DNA of 64,000 nucleotides from Octopus vulgaris (Eukaryota): NCBI GenBank assembly GCA_951406725.2, contig OX597832.1, positions 24,428,001 to 24,492,000 of the forward strand, read 5' to 3'. Shown piece by piece: positions 57,942 to 64,000 of this stretch (position 1 is its first letter; each line of letters starts with the position of its first letter). The notes under the pieces were generated by a model. It saw only the letters and a program-made list of their open reading frames with translations, ran no database searches and was not told where the DNA came from. The position numbers and the translations under genes were made by a program.

Positions 57942-58022
57942 GCAATAAAATTCTAATTCTAATTCATTCTAATTCCTTCGGTATGAGTCGAAGCAGCCTG
58001 CTGCTAGCCCTCTTATTTACTT

Positions 58023-58071
<49 letters not shown>

Positions 58072-58072
58072 C

Positions 58073-58212
<140 letters not shown>

Positions 58213-58511
58213 GTTCGTGTGTGTATGTGTGCATGTGAAGGTGCGTCCTCAAGTGGTTAGCCTGTTGCATTCGCGATCGGTAGATTATGGTTTCGATTCT
58301 CTGACTCGGCGGCGCCTTGTGTTCATGAGTAAAAACACTTCTTTTCACATTGTTTCCAGTCTCCCTTTTGATCAGGGTCCGGTGTTAGGAATGTTGTCCT
58401 GCTCGCCAAGCCAGTGGGGTGGCTCCACTTGAAGATTGAAAGAATGCAGAAGCGCATTGTGACCAGCGACGTCTAACCTCTGATAGCCTGGTCGGTCCCG
58501 TGATCACCTGT

Positions 58512-58553
<42 letters not shown>

Positions 58554-58734
58554 ACATGGATATGTCTGCTTATGAGTGTGCGCACCTTTGTACAAAACAC
58601 ACGCACACACACACAAACATATACACATACGTACACACGTATATAACTATACTGTATACACATGTACGTAAATACATATTCATATTTGTAGGTCGACTTA
58701 ACTTTACGTGAATACATACATAAATATGTATATA

Positions 58735-58765
<31 letters not shown>

Positions 58766-58814
58766 TGACACATGCATACATATATAGAAAAACGTATATA
58801 TATGTTTCTCTATG

Positions 58815-58894
<80 letters not shown>

Positions 58895-59041
58895 GGTATT
58901 TGGCATTCCACTGATAAGGAGAGAAAATGATTTATCTTGTAGTTCAAGCAGGTACAGACGGGAAATTACACGAAATCTAAGATACTTAACAGTTTCATGA
59001 CAACGAGATATCTCTTATCTGTTATGAAGGAGGGAGTGACT

Positions 59042-59150
<109 letters not shown>

Positions 59151-59589
59151 TGTGTGTGTGTGGTTCAGAGACGAAAAAGTGGAAGGATGAGGTAGTTAAA
59201 ACGTGAAAGAAGTCAAAATGCGAAGGGAAAAGCGAGAGGTATACAAAAATAGAGAACAACTTTTCTATTGGTTGGTTGATTTCCGTTGAGACAGAGGAGA
59301 TGGCGCTACTGCTGCTGCTGGTGGTGGTGGTCGTGGTGGTGGGCGATGTTGGATAGCTTACGAAACATTGCGCTTATTAGAAACTAGTTGATAGATAGAT
59401 AGATAATGGTGATGGTGATGGTGATGATGGTGGTGGTGGAGGGGACAACGGACATTGATAGATCGGGGTAGGCTTTATGGTTAATTGAACAGGGATAAGC
59501 ACTGTGGTCTGTTGGGTCATTAGTGATGATAAATCTTCTGTTTGATTTAACGATGAACACTTCGTGTCTTCGATCTGTTCTACTATCTA

Positions 59590-59715
59590 CTTTCAGTCTG
59601 TATCACTTTGAAAACATCGGTTCCCGTTCGATCACCGAAGTCAATCAACTTCGAGCTTGGTCAGTAGTTAAACGAGTAATCTAGTTGTTAGAAGAGAAAC
59701 CTAGGTGCTGTAAGC
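59590..59715 (+). pseudogene. Degenerate 5S rRNA copy
   Basis: TATCACTTTGAAAACATCGGTTCCCGTTCGATCACCGAAGTCAATCAACTTCGAGCTTGGTCAGTAG...GGTGCTGTAAGC; box C region degraded. Confidence 0.75.
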
Positions 59716-59937
59716 AAAGCGTTTAGCTTACATGCAAGAATAGCTGTGTGGTTAAGATGTTGTCTTTGCAATCATGTGGGTTCGGTTTCATTCCCACTCG
59801 GCACTAATTTAGTCATTGTGGTTTCAAAGCGAGCTCCTTAACGATGAAGCCATGCCTTCACCTATGTATCTTTGATAAAGTCAATTCTCTCAAAGTTCGC
59901 ATGAGTTTTATACTTTAGACAATGTTGAATGCTTCTT

Positions 59938-59994
<57 letters not shown>

Positions 59995-60087
59995 TAATCC
60001 AAACAAGAAAACAAAAAAACACAACAACGCAAGGACGTGGGACAAATAAAGTATTATTGGACGCTCAGGAAAGAAGGGAAGAAGGAG

Positions 60088-60149
<62 letters not shown>

Positions 60150-60152
<3 letters not shown>

Positions 60153-60432
60153 CAAAATAATTTAATTGTTTTTCATACTTACCGTTGAAAACGTCTCAAT
60201 GACCGAAACCGGTACTGAAATGTTTTTTTATAAAATTATTTTAGCATTTTATAAATATATATATATGTGTGTGTGTAGAAGGTTGAAAAAGAACACAAGA
60301 GTTAATATATTTATGGAAAAAGTCAAGGTAGAAAATGCTAAAATAATTTTATAAAAAAACATTTCAGTACCGGTTTCCGTCTTTGAGACGTTTTCAACGG
60401 TAAGTATGGAAAACAATTAAATTATTTTGGAA
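60150..60432. ncRNA. Palindrome with two inward-facing U3-A8 HHR-like motifs (60182-60217 plus; 60365-60400 minus)
   Basis: CCG-TTGAAAA-CGTC TCAAA GACG-GAAA-CCGG-TA-CTG; stem I weak. Confidence 0.55.
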
Positions 60433-60442
60433 TATACATACA

Positions 60443-60587
<145 letters not shown>

Positions 60588-61305
60588 AAGAAGCACTCAA
60601 CACATTTAACAAACGTTACATTTATTATAGATTTTTGCAGTCATTTTCGTACGTTTGTCACTCAATTTGATTATCGGGTCATTCAAAGTCGCGAAAAAAA
60701 AATTAGCGTCTTGAAGTTGGTTATTGAAATTCGTTTTTCGATCATTCAATTTCGCACTTCGGTCAAAGAATTTAGCATTTACATCATTGAAATTAAAATG
60801 TCCGTCGGGAGCAGGGAAATTAGTCGGAATACGAGGAGGCGTCTTTTTGAGCATTCAAATTCGTTTCGGAACAATCTATTTAACGTTTCGAGTAATCAAA
60901 TTAGCACGATGGCTGTTTTGGTTTTATCCCATGTTCATTGTTATCATAATCATGTGTTTTCATCTATTGTTTATGCTTTAAGCACTCTATCCTGCCCATG
61001 TCTTTTCTATGTGTTCTTCTATTTTTGCATAGGTACATGTGTTTATTGTTAAAGACTTCACGAAATCGCATTTCAATCTTTTTAATCTTTTTAAAGAAAC
61101 TCACAATTACAACAAATTCTCATTCCCTTTGATTTTGAATACATTGTGTTGTGACATGTGTTCTTTCTTTGCCTAATATGTCTTGTTTGGAAAAAATATA
61201 TTTCTTTGATTTTGCATTTTTTTCTTTCATCAGGGAAAGGGTGCTATGTACAATAAGATGGTTATTGAATTACAGTCTTGATAAGGAGAGTTCGTTTGAG
61301 AGAAT

Positions 61306-61768
61306 TCAACCGTCTATTTCCTGGCGGTCGAGGCATCTCGGGAGGTAGGTCTGGGTGTGTCTATACCAATGAAAACAATTTTCTGGAGTGATAGGGTCGA
61401 TGCTACGCCTTGCAACCTTTTGTATGACATGGGGTCGCCATTCTTCCATGGTCATGTCGGCTTCTTCTACAGCTGACCGGTCGGCAACTCAGCTTGACCA
61501 AGGTCCCGCTTGGCAGCCGTCTTAAAGCAGAATGCGCCATTTCCGTACAATTAAGAAACGGCGAGTAGGGAATGTGGAGTTTCAGACTGATCCGTGGGTC
61601 GGCGTAAGCTGGGAGCTCGGCACGAACGTGTGACCGCGCGTTTTCGTAGATCCAGCAGACGGATTCATCCGCTGCGAGCATATCGGAACATGCTCGAACT
61701 GTTTCCACAAAGAACTCCTCGAAAGAGTTTCGTGTAACGGTATTGTTCGCAATGGTGTGGTGAACCAT
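61306..61768 (-). mobile_element. IS630/Tc1-like DDE transposase C-terminal fragment
   Basis: WIYENARSH...HIPYSPFLNCTEMAHSAL and, after frameshifts, ITPENCFHWYRHTQTYLPRCLDRQEIDG*. Confidence 0.75.
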
Positions 61769-61834
61769 ATATATATATCTACCCTCTTTGTAATGTTGGC
61801 AAATGAAATAAGTATAATTGAAAAATTCTATACG

Positions 61835-61918
61835 TGGCTGAAGATTGCTCGACATTTTAAAACTGATGATATACTTACAGTGTTTAATAAAATGAGGTAG
61901 CATGAAAGAATTGTACTA
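61835..61918 (+). ncRNA. Degenerate long-stem-II HHR (family of 8926-9009)
   Basis: TGG-CTGAAGA-TTGCT...AGCAT-GAAA-GAATTG-TA-CTA; shared tail GATATCCTTGTTGCTTATTTTGATT(TA)n. Confidence 0.65.
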
Positions 61919-62029
61919 CTCTACCTTGGATATCCTTGTTGCTTATTTTGATTATATATATATATATATATATATATAGGTGAGAAAGTTGGTGTGTGAA
62001 AGCACGTGGTTGAATATATAGAAAATAGT

Positions 62030-62196
62030 AAAAAGTGAAAAAACTACAGAAGGCTTGTTTTAAAAGGTTAAAAAATATATATTTGAGTCATTATGTCATT
62101 GTATGAAAAAAATTTATAACATTCTTCAGACATAATGACTCAAATATATATTTTTTAACCTTTTAAAACAAGCCTTCTGTAGTTTTTTCACTTTTT
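62030..62196. repeat. Palindrome with 68-bp arms
   Basis: 62030-62097 mirrors 62129-62196. Confidence 0.9.
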
Positions 62197-62197
62197 G

Positions 62198-62304
<107 letters not shown>

Positions 62305-62520
62305 AGATTCAACAGAACCTAAGTACATCAACACTAGCCAGAAATTGTTGGGTACAATAACACAGGATTCACAATGAGTAAAACACCCATGGAGATATCA
62401 GCTGTTGCTAGGATACTGTAGATATGTAACTACCAAATCCAGGTTCAAACCGTATTCCGACTCAACGCTGGTTGTAGGTGCGGCGTAGGTATAAAAAAAG
62501 AACACATGTATGTATATTAC

Positions 62521-62587
<67 letters not shown>

Positions 62588-62604
62588 TATAATTAATAAA
62601 TAAA

Positions 62605-62919
62605 ATATTAGGGAATAAATCCAAACTTACAGGGAAAAATCAGATTTAGGATTGAATCCAATTTTATAGTAAAATATTATATTATATTAAATTAGAGATA
62701 AAACCACTATTAGGCAAATCAAACAATGAAAAACTTAAGCCAATACATAAAATTAATTAATTTATATTATTTTAAGTATATATCAAAATTATTAAAAATT
62801 TAATAAAAGATAATTTTTAATAATTTTGATATATATTTAAAATAATATAAATTAATTAATTTTATGTATTGGCTTAAGTTTTTCATTGTTTGATTTGCCT
62901 AATAGTGGTTTTATCTAAT
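62605..62919. mobile_element. Head-to-head inverted PLE terminal remnants in (TA)n
   Basis: Arms ~62696-62801 / 62813-62916; AAACTTACAGGGAAAAAT tail shared with ~16120 and ~20650. Confidence 0.75.
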
Positions 62920-62922
62920 ATA

Positions 62923-62979
<57 letters not shown>

Positions 62980-63534
62980 TAGGGAGCGATTTAGCAATGT
63001 GTTACGGAAAAGGAAAACTATAATTGTCATTAAATATAACTGAGGGTGTTAGAACACCGACAATGCTAGAAATAAGAGCTAAATAGCTCTAATGCTGCAG
63101 TCAAAGCACATAGTTGTATAGACACATACCGACAGCGACTGCAATCACCCCGAAAGGATGAAAGTCGACCTCGGTGGAATTTGAACGCAGAACGTGGCGG
63201 AAGACGAAATATCACTAAGCATTTTGCCCGGCGAGCTAACGCTTCCATTTAATAGAAATATTCTTTTGTACTATAGGCACAAGGCCTGAAATTTAGTGGG
63301 AGGGGCCAGTCGATTAGATTGACCCCAGTACGCAACTGGTACTTAATTCATTGACCCCGTTACTTGTTGACTCTCTTTCTCTCTCTCGCTCTCTATCTAT
63401 CTATCTATCTATCTATCTCTTAATGTGTGTATGTATCTACATATATGATTATATATAAATATTTATGAGAATACAAATGCGTGTGTGTATATATACATAA
63501 ACAAACATATCTACCTACCTGCCTACCTACCTAG

Positions 63535-63583
<49 letters not shown>

Positions 63584-63721
63584 CATATATGATTATATAT
63601 AAATATTTATGAGAATACAAATGTGTATGTATATATATATATACATACATAAACAAACATATCTATCTATCTATCTATTTATCTACCTACCTACCTGTCT
63701 GTCTGTCTGTCTGTCTGTGTG

Positions 63722-63803
<82 letters not shown>

Positions 63804-64000
63804 CATCTATCTATTCTTATCGTCTACTTATATTCGTTCATAGACCTATATACATTGAGAAAATAAATACTTTATACAGTTTGTTATGCTTCATATAAAA
63901 GAAATTCTTTACTTTCGCTATTCCATTTTCTACTTACAATTGCCAGAATATCTAAACTAAAGATAATCAAGGAAATACACTCTAGAATTTACCATAATTA

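Noticed and set aside
59240-59360. ATTGG and AGATGGCG promoter-like motifs with a short MALLLLLVVV ORF
   Set aside because: The ORF stops after 18 codons and derives from triplet repeats; the motifs are too short to support a call.

Overview
AT-rich, microsatellite-saturated eukaryotic DNA. The SINE families and repeat landscape resemble an octopod cephalopod (recognition, not a search result). Most long ORFs in the track are translations of (TA)n/(CA)n/(TATC)n/(GTA)n repeats. Supportable content: (1) at least 17 type I hammerhead-ribozyme (HHR)-like motifs. Most lie in short Penelope-like-element (PLE) terminal remnants, several in palindromes within (TA)n. They include catalytic-core variants: A3-U8, U3-A8, a four-copy A6U family and U4C. 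(2) Two PLE GIY-YIG fragments, one inside a 5.4-kb fold-back. (3) An intron-containing tRNA-Lys(TTT). (4) Two spliced exons of a 10-Cys SVWC/toxin-like protein missed by the ORF track, a candidate opposite-strand spliced gene, and a 318-aa orphan ORF. (5) Tc1, mariner, IS630/Tc1-like, hAT and Tigger-like MITEs, four non-autonomous Helitrons, R4/Dong, RTE and CR1-like fragments, three SINE families and a 5S pseudogene. All structures were folded and aligned by eye; SINE and LINE boundaries are approximate.
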